IMG/VR virus record: IMGVR_UViG_3300046522_000252
Coordinates: 2,984-66,983 of that record
Length of the DNA stretch: 64,000 nucleotides
Strand: one strand, 5' to 3'
DNA from: a virus
Of the stretch, positions 27,058 through 37,200 are shown piece after piece. Made by a program: the position numbers and the translations under genes. Under the pieces are notes generated by a model. That model was not told the origin of the DNA, did not search any database, and worked only from the letters and a program-made list of their open reading frames with translations. Numbering within the stretch: position 1 is the stretch's first letter; each line of letters begins with the position of its first letter.

Positions 27058-27300
27058 ATGCAGGAAAAAACGGACTTGGCCACATTCCTCAAGGAGTGGC
27101 GAAAAGAACACGGATTGACACAGGCCGTCGCAGCCAAAGAACTTGGTATCGTGCTCCCGACCTATCGCGGGTTGGAGCAAGGCCGCCTCACCCCATATGC
27201 GCAAGTGGTTAGGATGGCGACCAAGGGTTGGGAAGCCGATGGCGGCCCCTTGCGCATGTTGCTTGAAGCAAGCGGGAGGGCCGATCATGGCCAAGCTTGA
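27058..27300 (+). CDS. XRE-family HTH protein
   Basis: LKEWRKEHGLTQAVAAKELGI..TYRGLEQG. Confidence 0.75.
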   Translation: MQEKTDLATFLKEWRKEHGLTQAVAAKELGIVLPTYRGLEQGRLTPYAQVVRMATKGWEADGGPLRMLLEASGRADHGQA

Positions 27301-28495
27301 GGGTTACAACAACGTCACTTCGTTTATCAAGAGCGGCAAAATGCGCTGGCGCTGGCGGGAAGAAGGCCGGGGCGGAAGGCAAGTCAATCTTCCGGGCAAG
27401 CCGGGCGAACCGGCGTTCGAAAAAGCCTACCGCGAATGCACGAAGGGTGAGACCCCCGAGCAAAAGGCGCGAGTCACCAGCATCTTCGATGCCAAGACCG
27501 TCAACGCCTGCTATCGCCGCCTGTTGCGCACCGCCGAATGGGACGAACTGGACCCACAGACGCAGGACAAGAACAACCGGATGCTGAAAGCCTTCATGAA
27601 GCTCACGGTCGCAGACGATATGGATGTGACATGGGCCGACATGCCGATGGCAGACATCAAGACCAAACATCTGCGCAAGCTGCTTGACGGCATCCGACTC
27701 AATGCTCCGACCGCCGCCAAACACATGCTGGTCGCCATCCGCAAGCTGACCAGGATTGCCATCGAGCAGGAGTGGATTGAGTATGATCCGACCTTCACCC
27801 TTGAAGCCCCGGTGCCGAAGACATTGGGCCATCGCAAGTGGCCGGACGAAATGATAGCCAAGTACCGCGAACGTCATGCGGTCGGTAGTGCCGCCCGGAC
27901 CTGCTTCGAACTGGCCATCTGGCTTGGCAACCGGCGCAGCGACATCGCCCGGCTGACATGGGGCAATCTCATCACCGAAGCGGTCGAGGTCGAGGGTGTC
28001 GACCGCGAAATGACCGCCTTTGCCTTCCGCCAGAAGAAAAATAGCAAGCGCACCGGCGGTAAGGAAATGTTCCTGCCGGTGCGCAAGCAACTGGCCGTGG
28101 CGCTGGAGCCGCTAGACCATGACAGCGAATACGTCCTGCTCACCGGGTACGGCAAGCCGTTCTCTGAAAAGAGCCTGACCGGCATGATGGCCCATTGGTG
28201 CAGGCAGGCGGGGATTCCGGTCAGCAATAAAAAGGAGGGCACGGTCGGCTACACCATCCACGGGCTGCGCAGGAATTTTGGCACCAAGCTCGCCCTCGAC
28301 GGCGCGACGGGTCCGCAAATCATGACCTCGATGGGCCATTCATCGGTTCGCGAAGCCGATCCGTACTTGCAGGAAGCGAATCGCAAGCGTCTCGTTTCCG
28401 ATGCCTTCCTCGAAGGCGAACGGCGCGATGCCGAACGGCTGGCAGCAAAACACCGGGCCGGTTTCAAGGTGGTGAATGGGACGGGCCCAACATGA
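27287..28495 (+). CDS. int: Tyrosine integrase
   Basis: GNRRSD (R), HGLR, MGH, Y catalytic set. Confidence 0.92.
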   Translation: MAKLEGYNNVTSFIKSGKMRWRWREEGRGGRQVNLPGKPGEPAFEKAYRECTKGETPEQKARVTSIFDAKTVNACYRRLLRTAEWDELDPQTQDKNNRMLKAFMKLTVADDMDVTWADMPMADIKTKHLRKLLDGIRLNAPTAAKHMLVAIRKLTRIAIEQEWIEYDPTFTLEAPVPKTLGHRKWPDEMIAKYRERHAVGSAARTCFELAIWLGNRRSDIARLTWGNLITEAVEVEGVDREMTAFAFRQKKNSKRTGGKEMFLPVRKQLAVALEPLDHDSEYVLLTGYGKPFSEKSLTGMMAHWCRQAGIPVSNKKEGTVGYTIHGLRRNFGTKLALDGATGPQIMTSMGHSSVREADPYLQEANRKRLVSDAFLEGERRDAERLAAKHRAGFKVVNGTGPT

Positions 28496-28666
28496 TGTTG
28501 GGCCCATGTTGGGCCAAAGCCGGATTATTCAATAAAATCAAATAGATTGGTAGGCCCGGAGGGCCCGCCATCCTCCCATGTTTTTATTGAGTTTTTGTTG
28601 GGCCTTTTTGGCCAATGTTCCCGCCCCGTTCCTGAATGGGCCCAACCGCAACAAACGGTTGGGCCC
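28482..28666. other. attP: tRNA 3'-end core at 28548-28563 flanked by arm-type repeats
   Basis: Reverse complement CCCTCCGGGCCTACCA; multiple GTTGGGCC(C)/GGGCCCAAC copies on both sides; directly after int. Confidence 0.7.
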
Positions 28667-28777
28667 TCTTCCCTGCCCCTCCAGTTCCGCCCACAACGCG
28701 CGATGTCGGGGCGCCGCGCGTAAGCGTACCGGCGGACACGAAACGCGCGTCAGCGGCCTCCTATGGCCACAAAACGC

Positions 28778-28812
28778 AAAAAGCCCCGCCGAGGCCGAAG
28801 CCAAGGCGGGGC
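28778..28812 (-). terminator. Intrinsic terminator at the end of the late/lysis operon
   Basis: gccccgcc...ggcggggc hairpin with A-tract on its left (U-tract on the minus strand). Confidence 0.65.
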
Positions 28813-28858
28813 AGTTTTACAACGCGGGCCCAGGAGAAACGGAAGCCCGCGAGGAAAT

Positions 28859-29185
28859 TCAAAGGCTGCTCGGCGGAATGGTGATACCGGCCCTTGCCAG
28901 TCTCTCTTCCAAGATTGAAATCTGGCGACGCATTCGGCGGATGAGCGCCTCTTGTTTATGGCTCAGCTTCTCGGCGTCATTGAGATCGCCGCGCTGCCGC
29001 TTGATGATGTCGCTTAGTTGGTTGCGCTCCTCCTGGAGCTGATCGGTCAACTCGCGAAAGCCGGTCGTGATCGAAGCGCCGATGTCGGCCCTCGTCCTGG
29101 AGCGGGCGACATAGATGGTGCCGATAACGGTGATGATCGCCGTCAAGACGGCCCCGCCAAAGGTGAGCAATGGCGCGAGGTCCAC
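28859..29185 (-). CDS. Single-TM coiled-coil protein (lysis region)
   Basis: N-terminal TM helix plus coiled coil. Confidence 0.65.
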   Translation of the reverse strand: MDLAPLLTFGGAVLTAIITVIGTIYVARSRTRADIGASITTGFRELTDQLQEERNQLSDIIKRQRGDLNDAEKLSHKQEALIRRMRRQISILEERLARAGITIPPSSL

Positions 29186-29188
29186 AGT

Positions 29189-29380
29189 TCATTCCTTGCT
29201 TTCCGATTTCACCGCCTGGACGAATTCCTTGTGGTCGACATGCATCTGCTGGATATGTGCTTCGAAGGCTTCGGCGATTTCCTTCTTGGCCTGCCGAATT
29301 GATATCCGATAAGTGGCCATGCCGCAGCCGATGGCCACGGCAACCGTGGCGGCGACGGTCACGTAAGCCTCGATATCCAT
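29189..29380 (-). CDS. Small single-TM protein
   Basis: MDIEAYVTVAATVAVAIGCGM... Confidence 0.6.
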   Translation of the reverse strand: MDIEAYVTVAATVAVAIGCGMATYRISIRQAKKEIAEAFEAHIQQMHVDHKEFVQAVKSESKE

Positions 29381-29381
29381 C

Positions 29382-29762
29382 TCACCCGGTCCTCCGCTCC
29401 CGGCGCCCGGCGGCATAGTCGGAGACAACCGCGATGGCGGTGACAACCGAGACGGCGGCCATGGCGGCACGCACAAGAATGTCGAGGCGATAGACGCCGG
29501 AGAACAATGTAATGACCGAGGTCAGGTGTGACAGGCCGCACAGAAAAATGAACGCCCCGAACAGTAGCCGCATGGTCGGCCTGACCCGCCCCGGCGGCAC
29601 CTGGCCGATAAACAGCAAGGCGAGGCCGATGGCGAAATAGGCGGCGAAGGTGGAAAGATCGGCGAGCACGTAAAGGAAGATCATCACCGGATCATTCGTC
29701 AGGCAAATCGAATGCTGGCTGTAGCGCTCGGCACCGAAGAAATTCAGGATATCAGTCCACAT
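29382..29762 (-). CDS. Stand-alone ethylene-receptor-like 3-TM domain
   Basis: ADLSTFAAYFAI...LFGAFIFLCGLSHL compared with ETR1 SDFFIAIAYFSI...QFGAFIVLCGATHL. Confidence 0.75.
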   Translation of the reverse strand: MWTDILNFFGAERYSQHSICLTNDPVMIFLYVLADLSTFAAYFAIGLALLFIGQVPPGRVRPTMRLLFGAFIFLCGLSHLTSVITLFSGVYRLDILVRAAMAAVSVVTAIAVVSDYAAGRRERRTG

Positions 29763-30216
29763 TGGCCGTCACCTCGAACGGGAACTGCGCCGTCACGTCC
29801 TGCTGGGATCGCGTCGGGCACGTGCTGTCGATCACCGAGCGATACAGCCACCGGCCCGGATAGACGTTTTCAGGAAGCTGCAAATAGACGGTGGCGTCGT
29901 CTGTCCTCTTGATCTCGGTCGACATGATCGGGCGGCTGAGCAGGACACTGACCGGCGGGCCACCGCCTTGCGAAATGAAGGTGGCAATCACCGTGCCGGG
30001 ACAAGAGGCGTTGCGCTTGGTCGATATGCGATAGGAGAGCGTGCCCTTGTAAGGCACCGTCGTCGAGATATTGCTCGGCCCCTCGGTCGTCTCGACCACC
30101 GGCCCATCGACTGAAAACATATGCAGGACGCCGTAGGAGATCGACCCGGCAATGAGCAGGACGCCCGCAACCTGGGAGAAGCCAAACCAGATCGAGGCGA
30201 TGATGGCGCGGGTCAT
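29752..30216 (-). CDS. Membrane-anchored periplasmic protein
   Basis: N-terminal TM helix, beta-rich C-terminal domain with two Cys. Confidence 0.6.
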   Translation of the reverse strand: MTRAIIASIWFGFSQVAGVLLIAGSISYGVLHMFSVDGPVVETTEGPSNISTTVPYKGTLSYRISTKRNASCPGTVIATFISQGGGPPVSVLLSRPIMSTEIKRTDDATVYLQLPENVYPGRWLYRSVIDSTCPTRSQQDVTAQFPFEVTANVD

Positions 30217-30431
30217 TTCCAGCATTTCTGCGCCCGCCCGAAAGCATTGTGCCCGGCGACGCCTTGGCCGGTCGGGTTAAGATCGGGATCGCTGGCGAGC
30301 TTAACGGCTGCGCCCGGTGCGACGGCGATCTTCTTCCACCCCGCGCAATTGGTCGCATTCTGGGTGTTGCACCCCGCCGCCGAGAAGCTCATTGCAAAGA
30401 GCAATGCCATCGAGGCCCATGATACGTTCAT
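30213..30431 (-). CDS. Putative o-spanin (Rz1-like lipoprotein)
   Basis: Lipobox-like SAAGC; overlaps the upstream TM gene after the endolysin. Confidence 0.65.
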   Translation of the reverse strand: MNVSWASMALLFAMSFSAAGCNTQNATNCAGWKKIAVAPGAAVKLASDPDLNPTGQGVAGHNAFGRAQKCWK

Positions 30432-30591
30432 CGATTTTCTCCCGCTTTTCGATTGCGGCGATAGTGTCTTTCAGTTGATCGGCCCGGCTATCCGCCCGGC
30501 CTTTCCAATAGCCGGAGCCAAACAGGGCGACGACGATCAACACTCCGCCGATCCATTTGCCGAGCGGCCCGGTCAGGAGCGCAATTATCAT
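30301..30591 (-). CDS. Putative i-spanin (Rz-like)
   Basis: N-terminal TM plus helical domain, overlapping the lipoprotein gene. Confidence 0.6.
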   Translation of the reverse strand: MIIALLTGPLGKWIGGVLIVVALFGSGYWKGRADSRADQLKDTIAAIEKREKIDERIMGLDGIALCNELLGGGVQHPECDQLRGVEEDRRRTGRSR

Positions 30592-31448
30592 ACCGGCACC
30601 TCGTCGAGCGCGTCAGCAATCCGTGCCTGCTGGCGGTTGGCGTACCAGCGATAGCCGATACCGCCCACGGCGAGCACGGCGCCGCCCACGGCCAAGCCGA
30701 CGACAAGATTGCCGATCCAGTCGCCCGCCGCGCTAAATGGCGTCAATTGCTCCTGCAAGCCCTGCAACGTGGCCGAGATGCCGCCCGCGCCGATGCCGCC
30801 GCCGGTCGCAGCATCGGCGGGTGCCTTGGACGGTGCTTTGCGCGCGTCCTCGATAGGTGCCTTAGCCTCGGAGCCCGGCACGGCGACGACCTCGACCACC
30901 TCGGCGTCCATCTTGCTATCGGCCATGGCCTGGCCGACCGCCCGGACGCCAGCGACGCGCGCCGTCCAGCCGCGCCCGAAATCCCGCCACGTATCCAGCG
31001 CCCGCAGATAGATCATGCGCCGGGCGCAAATCCGGTCGATCAGCGCATCAAGGTTTTCCGTCTCCTCAAGCGCGGCAAAGGTGGCAAGGCCGATCACGCC
31101 GTCAATGGTGCCGCGATAGGCCGCGCCGAGCGAGCGCTGTAGCCACTTGATCGATTGCTTCGGGCCGGAATGTACCGCGCCGTCGAACAGCACATAATCG
31201 ACGCCCTCGGGCAGCTTGTCGCCTTGCACTGCGTCCCAATACTGGTGGCGATAGATCGCGTCGCGTTCCGGTGCCACCAGTGAGCGGACATTCCGGGTGC
31301 GCAGTTTCTTGCCGCGCCGATAGGCGTCATAGGTCCGCTGGGTTATGCCCTGATTGGTCGCGCCGCCTTTGTCTCTCGGGTGGTCCGAAAAGCCGCCCTC
31401 ATGTACGAGCACTCGGGCGAGTGCCGCCTTGAAACTGCTGGCCACCAT
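30588..31448 (-). CDS. Endolysin, glycoside hydrolase family 108, with PG-binding domain and C-terminal TM segment
   Basis: HEGGFSDHPRDKGGATNQGIT...FDGAVHSG...FGRGWTAR. Confidence 0.9.
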   Translation of the reverse strand: MVASSFKAALARVLVHEGGFSDHPRDKGGATNQGITQRTYDAYRRGKKLRTRNVRSLVAPERDAIYRHQYWDAVQGDKLPEGVDYVLFDGAVHSGPKQSIKWLQRSLGAAYRGTIDGVIGLATFAALEETENLDALIDRICARRMIYLRALDTWRDFGRGWTARVAGVRAVGQAMADSKMDAEVVEVVAVPGSEAKAPIEDARKAPSKAPADAATGGGIGAGGISATLQGLQEQLTPFSAAGDWIGNLVVGLAVGGAVLAVGGIGYRWYANRQQARIADALDEVPV

Positions 31449-31463
31449 GACTGGCGCTCCTGA

Positions 31464-32402
31464 TTAATGATAGTTGACGTTCTGGACGCGGCGCGGGCGT
31501 CCGGTATCCGGCACGCCCTGAAGGATGTCGTAGCGGGAAAACTTCGTGACCGAGACCGTGCCGACAGCCATGAGCACGTCATAACGGGAAAGTTTCGTGG
31601 CGCTGATCGCCGCATCGTTCGACTGCATGACGTCGTATCGCGACAGCTTCGACGCCTGAAGGGCCGAGCCTGCCGAATATACGCTTTTGAAAGATGCCAC
31701 GATCATAACGTGGCGAGAATTTACGTTGGCCGTTGCCCGCAACTCTCCCGTCGCCGACGCCGCCGTCTTGGTCGCGTCTGCTACCGCGATAGATGTATCC
31801 GCACCTGTGACCGTGAAACTGTCGTGTCGCTCGGTCCAAACTTGTTCATTGCCGCTATCAAGCGTATCTGTAGCACCACTTCCGCTTGTTGGGTCAGTCA
31901 CCGCACGGAAGTCCGACACGGTCATGGCATCAGAGCCAGCGACCATCGCGACAAGTAGTTCTTCTTCCGTGGTGGTGGTTATTGTGCCCGTTGCGGCTGT
32001 AACAGAATTAGAGCCCGCAGTGGCCGAACTGTGCACGTTCAACGCGCCGGAGCTTTTTTGCCCCTTGTAGACCATGAGAACGCCGCGCGCGACGTCACCC
32101 GCTGTTCGGGTGAATACAAGGCTCGGCGCTGACGCTGGCCATGATTCACAAACCATCATCACGCCGGACGCAATAGATGTCGTCGGGTCGGTGTTTGTGT
32201 TTCCGCTAGTCTGCTGCTCGACTATCGACCAGCTAGCATCCGGCGCAGCGAACGCCGCGTTGCCGCGCGCAGCGATACACGCGATAACCAAATCACCCGT
32301 TTGGATCGTGACGCCGGTCGTGACGAGCGTCAGGTTTCCGCTGGCAACTTCGGCTGCGTTCGATACGCCGACAAACGTGAAAGGTGACGGATATGTCGCC
32401 AT
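31464..32402 (-). CDS. Putative tail fiber-associated/virion protein
   Basis: Thr/Ala/Ser-rich, beta-rich; C-terminal repeated SKLSRYD motif; in the tail block. Confidence 0.55.
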   Translation of the reverse strand: MATYPSPFTFVGVSNAAEVASGNLTLVTTGVTIQTGDLVIACIAARGNAAFAAPDASWSIVEQQTSGNTNTDPTTSIASGVMMVCESWPASAPSLVFTRTAGDVARGVLMVYKGQKSSGALNVHSSATAGSNSVTAATGTITTTTEEELLVAMVAGSDAMTVSDFRAVTDPTSGSGATDTLDSGNEQVWTERHDSFTVTGADTSIAVADATKTAASATGELRATANVNSRHVMIVASFKSVYSAGSALQASKLSRYDVMQSNDAAISATKLSRYDVLMAVGTVSVTKFSRYDILQGVPDTGRPRRVQNVNYH

Positions 32403-32403
32403 A

Positions 32404-33393
32404 CTAAGCCACCGACTTTGCGCCGTATTCAGCCGCGTTGATTTCGGCTATCGACCACGCCGCGCTTGTCGCCGGGTTTGTATTCATTACCGCTTGCCGG
32501 GTGCCATAGGCGGTATTGATGCCCGCGATGTTGCTTGTGGTGAAATCCGAACCGCTCTGCCGGACGACGCCCTGCATATTTTGCGGGCCGGTTGCGCCGC
32601 GCCTAGTGCGGGTCGAAAGAATGACCGCGCGCGGGACATAAGCCGCAAGATCGGTGTGCACGTCATCCATGACGTATGTTTCAAGTTGCGCCGCCGCGCC
32701 GGACTCGATGAAGGTGTTGTCGTTTCGATCTAGCTTCGTGACGTCGGCATAAGCCCCGGTCCACGCCGTGTTCGCGCCGTTAGCGGTTGCTTGACCTTGA
32801 TGGAATACCATTGACCGGGTGTCTTCGTCGGCAATGATGAGCGCGGAATAATTAAGTTCCCCGTTGCCAAGGCCGCTGGGGTTTGGGGTCATAAGCTCAA
32901 TCGTGTCGAGTGTTGTCGCGGCGGTAAAGATAGTGTCGCCTGTCATCTCATGAATAAGGGCATCATTCACATAGACGCGCACATAGCCCGCTGAATTATC
33001 CATTTTGAATTGGACGTCGACCTTAAAGCGGGCAGCGCTGAACGTGGTAGCTTCGCTGACTTCGACAAAAGCGCTACCGTTCCAGTATTCAAGGGCTTGC
33101 CCCGCGACGCCGTCGAATTCAATTTGGAACAACACTTGACCAGTTTCTCCACTTTTGAGGCGGAGCATTTTTTCGGCTGAACTGCCCCCGACGGAGGTAT
33201 TGAAATTAACATGGAATTGTATCCATCCTTCGGACATAGCGCTGGGAAACAGGAAACGCGCATAACTCGTATCGCCGGTAATGGTAATGCCCTCTTTGGC
33301 ATAAGGCGCGATTTTGGCCGCCGTCGTTATGGCTGCGGTTGTGCCGACTGTATAGAAATCGGCGCGGGATGTTGCTGCCGCAAGGATACTCAT
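32404..33393 (-). CDS. Putative tail/receptor-binding protein
   Basis: Beta-rich virion-like composition; position in the tail block. Confidence 0.55.
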   Translation of the reverse strand: MSILAAATSRADFYTVGTTAAITTAAKIAPYAKEGITITGDTSYARFLFPSAMSEGWIQFHVNFNTSVGGSSAEKMLRLKSGETGQVLFQIEFDGVAGQALEYWNGSAFVEVSEATTFSAARFKVDVQFKMDNSAGYVRVYVNDALIHEMTGDTIFTAATTLDTIELMTPNPSGLGNGELNYSALIIADEDTRSMVFHQGQATANGANTAWTGAYADVTKLDRNDNTFIESGAAAQLETYVMDDVHTDLAAYVPRAVILSTRTRRGATGPQNMQGVVRQSGSDFTTSNIAGINTAYGTRQAVMNTNPATSAAWSIAEINAAEYGAKSVA

Positions 33394-34211
33394 GTCAAAT
33401 CTCCGAGCATGGTAATGGATACATCGGCGAGGGTGGCGTCGGGCGAAGCGGGCGCGACGACGGTCAGGATATCGCCTGCGGTCATAGCCGTAGGTGATGC
33501 CATCGCCAGCGTCGCCGTGGTGCCCGCCGCCGACCATGTGGCCGACCCGACCGAGCTACCGTTTTTCTTGATCGATAGCGCCGGTGTGCCGGTCGCCGCC
33601 CCGCCGGATGATCCGCGTGAGCCGGTCATGCCTGCCGGGATGGTGAAATCTTCGGTCGCCTCATAGCGAAAGATGACCTCACTTGCATCGAGCGTGCCGC
33701 CCGCGAAAAACGAAAGGGCGATTTTCGTGATGCCCGGCACAGCCTCCCACGCGGCGTCTTTGCGGCCATAGATGGTCCCGTCACTCGGCGCATCGGCTAT
33801 CCCGGCATCAGGCACAGCCTCCCACGCAGCATCCTTCCGGCCATAGATTGTACCGTCACTAGGCGCATCGGCTATACCGGCTGTAAGCCCCACCCAATCG
33901 GTACCGTTGAATTGGACGTTTTCATTGGCGTCGGCGACATAGGCGGTAAAGCCCTCGGCGGGGACGATATAGACCCACGCGCCATTGTCGCGGATGGCGA
34001 TCTCGTTGGGATTACTCCCGGCGTCGGACGGGACAATGTAAATATCGCCGTCCGTCGGTGAACCAGGTAGCGCCGTCGTCCGGCTGATCACGCGCGGCTG
34101 GACGAGCGCGGACAGGAGCCGCAGGTTGATGTCATTGGCAGTATTCCAGCCGTTGTATCCCAGGTCCCAAAAGCCGGTGAGGCCAAGGCCGGGAAGTGTT
34201 CTTTCAGCCAT
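33390..34211 (-). CDS. DUF2793-domain tail fiber protein
   Basis: PGSPTDGDIYIVP...NEIA...W.YIVPAEG; duplicated IADAPSDGTIYGRKDAAWEAVP. Confidence 0.75.
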   Translation of the reverse strand: MAERTLPGLGLTGFWDLGYNGWNTANDINLRLLSALVQPRVISRTTALPGSPTDGDIYIVPSDAGSNPNEIAIRDNGAWVYIVPAEGFTAYVADANENVQFNGTDWVGLTAGIADAPSDGTIYGRKDAAWEAVPDAGIADAPSDGTIYGRKDAAWEAVPGITKIALSFFAGGTLDASEVIFRYEATEDFTIPAGMTGSRGSSGGAATGTPALSIKKNGSSVGSATWSAAGTTATLAMASPTAMTAGDILTVVAPASPDATLADVSITMLGDLT

Positions 34212-37200
34212 CAGCTTCCTCCATAATCCAAGCCGTAGCCGTAGCCGTAGCCGGTCGTCACAACGACTTGAATTTGATGCGCTTGCAGAGAAATCAGCCC
34301 GTCGCGCTTTGAGCTAACCCGGATATAACCGCCCGTCTCTCCGGCAAACGATGCGACCGGCACGTCATAGCTGGTGCCCGGCAAATCATCGTGGGTGGTC
34401 AGCACGGCTTCGGCGAGGTCGAGGACTTCAATCCGGGTCGTCTGATCGTCCTCCGGCGTTACGTCCGCCGAGTTCCAGGCCAGGATGACCGCGTCTTCAG
34501 TGAGCCGGTTGCGGTTGGCCCATGTGACCGGGATCGGGTCAACGCCATCACAATCAACCACGCCGCTAAAACCGTCGTCGCCGTTGACTTTCACGTCGGC
34601 GGGGCGGAGCGGCAAATGCGGGCGCGCCGTGAGGGTCTCGGTGACAGTGGGTGCGGCACCGAAGGCCAGCAGACCGAGCGACGTGCGTGTCAGCACTTTA
34701 TATTCGACGACTTCGGCTTCCGATCTCACGGTGTCGTCGCTGTTTTCCAGATTGCCGTCGAGGAACCATACCGGCGTCCCGGACGGCCAGGCGCGCGGCA
34801 CGGTATCGAGCACGCCGCGCTTGACCGTATAGCCGAGACTGTCGGCCGCCGTGATCTCGCACAACTCAACATCGGTTTCGTCGGTGCCCTCAATCAGGAT
34901 CAAACCGCCAAGCACGGGCGCGTTGCCTTGCGTCCGGTCGGGGAAGGTCGGCAGCTCGGTTTCGATCTCAGCATCGATCCCGGCGGCCAGCTCGGCGCGG
35001 CTAACAATGGTCTTGGTGCCAAGGTCGCTGCCGCCGGAATTGTAAAGCTCGAATTCCGCCGTGTCCTGGCCGCCCTCGGCCGCGAGCACCCCGGCGAAGA
35101 CCTCGGGGTATTCGACGCCCAGCGCCAGCACGGTAGGATCGACTTCGTTTACGACCATGTAGTACGGGAGGGTGAAAACGAGGGTATCGTCGGCGGGCGA
35201 CGGCTCCTCCGATACCGGCACCCATTCGGTGTCAGGCGGAATATCGTAGTCGGCCAGCGGCAGCGAGAAGATATCCTCGACGAGTTGGACTTTTACCGTG
35301 GGGTCGCCGGGCTTGCCGTAGTCGACCGGGCCCACGCGCATGACGATACTGTCTATGCCGTCCTCCGGTGAATTGAGAACGATCACGTCACCGGGCAATA
35401 GATTCCATGCTTCGCGGTTGACCTCCATATCGCCGGATGCAAGCGGGGTGGAAGCGGCGCGCAGATCGCGCTGGGCGAGCTTCATGGCCAAGCCACGGAC
35501 CCGCACGCCGTAGTAATTCCGGCCATCCGATACAATGCCGCCTTGCGCTTCGATGTTGGCGTTGTCCTGCGCAATGACGGTTTGTTCTTCCTCGTTCCTC
35601 GGATTGGTCCACGTCACGACGATTTCGTTGATCGTCTCGCCCCATAGCTTGCGCCCGAATTTGGTGACGACGGAATTGTCCGGCGTGAATACCGGCAAGT
35701 CATCGACCTCATAATCATCGCGGATCAGCTTGAGGGTCAGCAGGCCGTCCATCGGATTGACGAATAGCACCGCCTCGATGTGGTCGAGCACTTCGCTGAT
35801 GAAACTTTCGATGGTCGATTGTTTCGTCCAGATCATCGACAGGCCGAAATCCTCGTCATAGAGCACCGCCGCCGCGCTTTCGAAACTGGCGATATTGATT
35901 GCCGTGCCCGGCGCGCCCATGCCCCAGTCGGTGTTGGTCAGGCAGTCGTAAATGATATGCGACGGGTTGCTGTCGAATTCACCCGGCAAGAGCAACACAT
36001 GCGCGCCGGTCGTGCCCGGCGAAACCGAATCGAAGATGACGAAGGCCCGCTCCTGTTCGGAAAAGGCGGCCTCACCCTGCCATGAGTCTTCGATCTCCCA
36101 TTCGGTCAGGTAGAGGCGTTGTGATTCATTGCCGGATGAAACGTCGTAAAACCAGACGGATTGCGTGTCGACGTTGCCGGTATACTGGAAAAACGCGGCG
36201 GTGCCCGGCCCGTCGAGCAGTCGGCGCGATTGAACCGCATAGCGGGGCGACAAGCCACCCCAATCGCCGGTTTCGTCCGACGAGACGACGGCGGTCAGAT
36301 CGGAATTCAGCGCGGCGAAATGACCGTTGGGGCCAACAAAAATCCACTGATCGGTGCCCTCGTCATAGGTCACGCTATTCAGTGGGTCCGACGATGTGAC
36401 GGCCCATCCGAGCAGCCCGGCGAAATCAACCGCGACGGCATCCGTGCCAAGGGCGGTAGGCGTCCAGCTAACCCGATAGACTGCACCCGACGCGAATTTG
36501 ATCGTTAGATATGTCGGCCCGGCGGCAATCACTATCGACGACGTGCCAAGGACGCCCCAATCCCAGCCGGTCCAAAGATACTCCCAGCCGCCGCCGTCAT
36601 TGGACATGCAAACGATCTGATACCAGAGCGAGAAAAACAGATACGTCGTGCCGCCGACTACAAATTCGGTCGGCGATCCACTCAAGGCCAAATAGCTGTC
36701 GTCGCCACCGCCTAGCCTCGGGTCGCCCCAACCTGATACGCTCCCTTTGAATGTGCCGTGCAGCAGATCATAGGTGTGCAAAACGCCGAGGTTATCGGCG
36801 ACGAGCAACTCGCTTTGCGACGGCGAAATGTAGAGCCAGAACGGCGTATAGGAGATCGGGATTGTCGCCCGCACATCGCCCGTGCGCAAATCCTCGATGA
36901 TGATCTCAGAGAAGTCCTCGGAGAAATGCGCGATGGTCGAATTATAAGCATCAAACAGCTTCCAGCCGCCGGTGTTCGCCGGATCGAGGCCGACGTCTTC
37001 AACGTCGCGGGACTCGCGCAATTTGCCGGAGCGATAGATGCGGGCATAGTCCTCACCCAAGTGCGTCGAGGCGCGCGCCGCCTTGATCCAGACTCCCGGC
37101 AGGTATGGCGAATTGGCGGACCAGTAGAAACCCTCCTGACCCTGGCCGTCGTGGAAGAAGGCGGTGGCAATGCCGCGATAGGCGGGCATGGTCGCCGTCG

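Noticed and set aside
28548-28563. tRNA gene
   Set aside because: Only a 16-nt 3' fragment is present; interpreted as the att core
33734-33880. Duplicated segment in the tail fiber gene as a DGR template/variable repeat
   Set aside because: Differences are synonymous and not adenine-specific, and no reverse transcriptase is present in the window; an ordinary protein repeat
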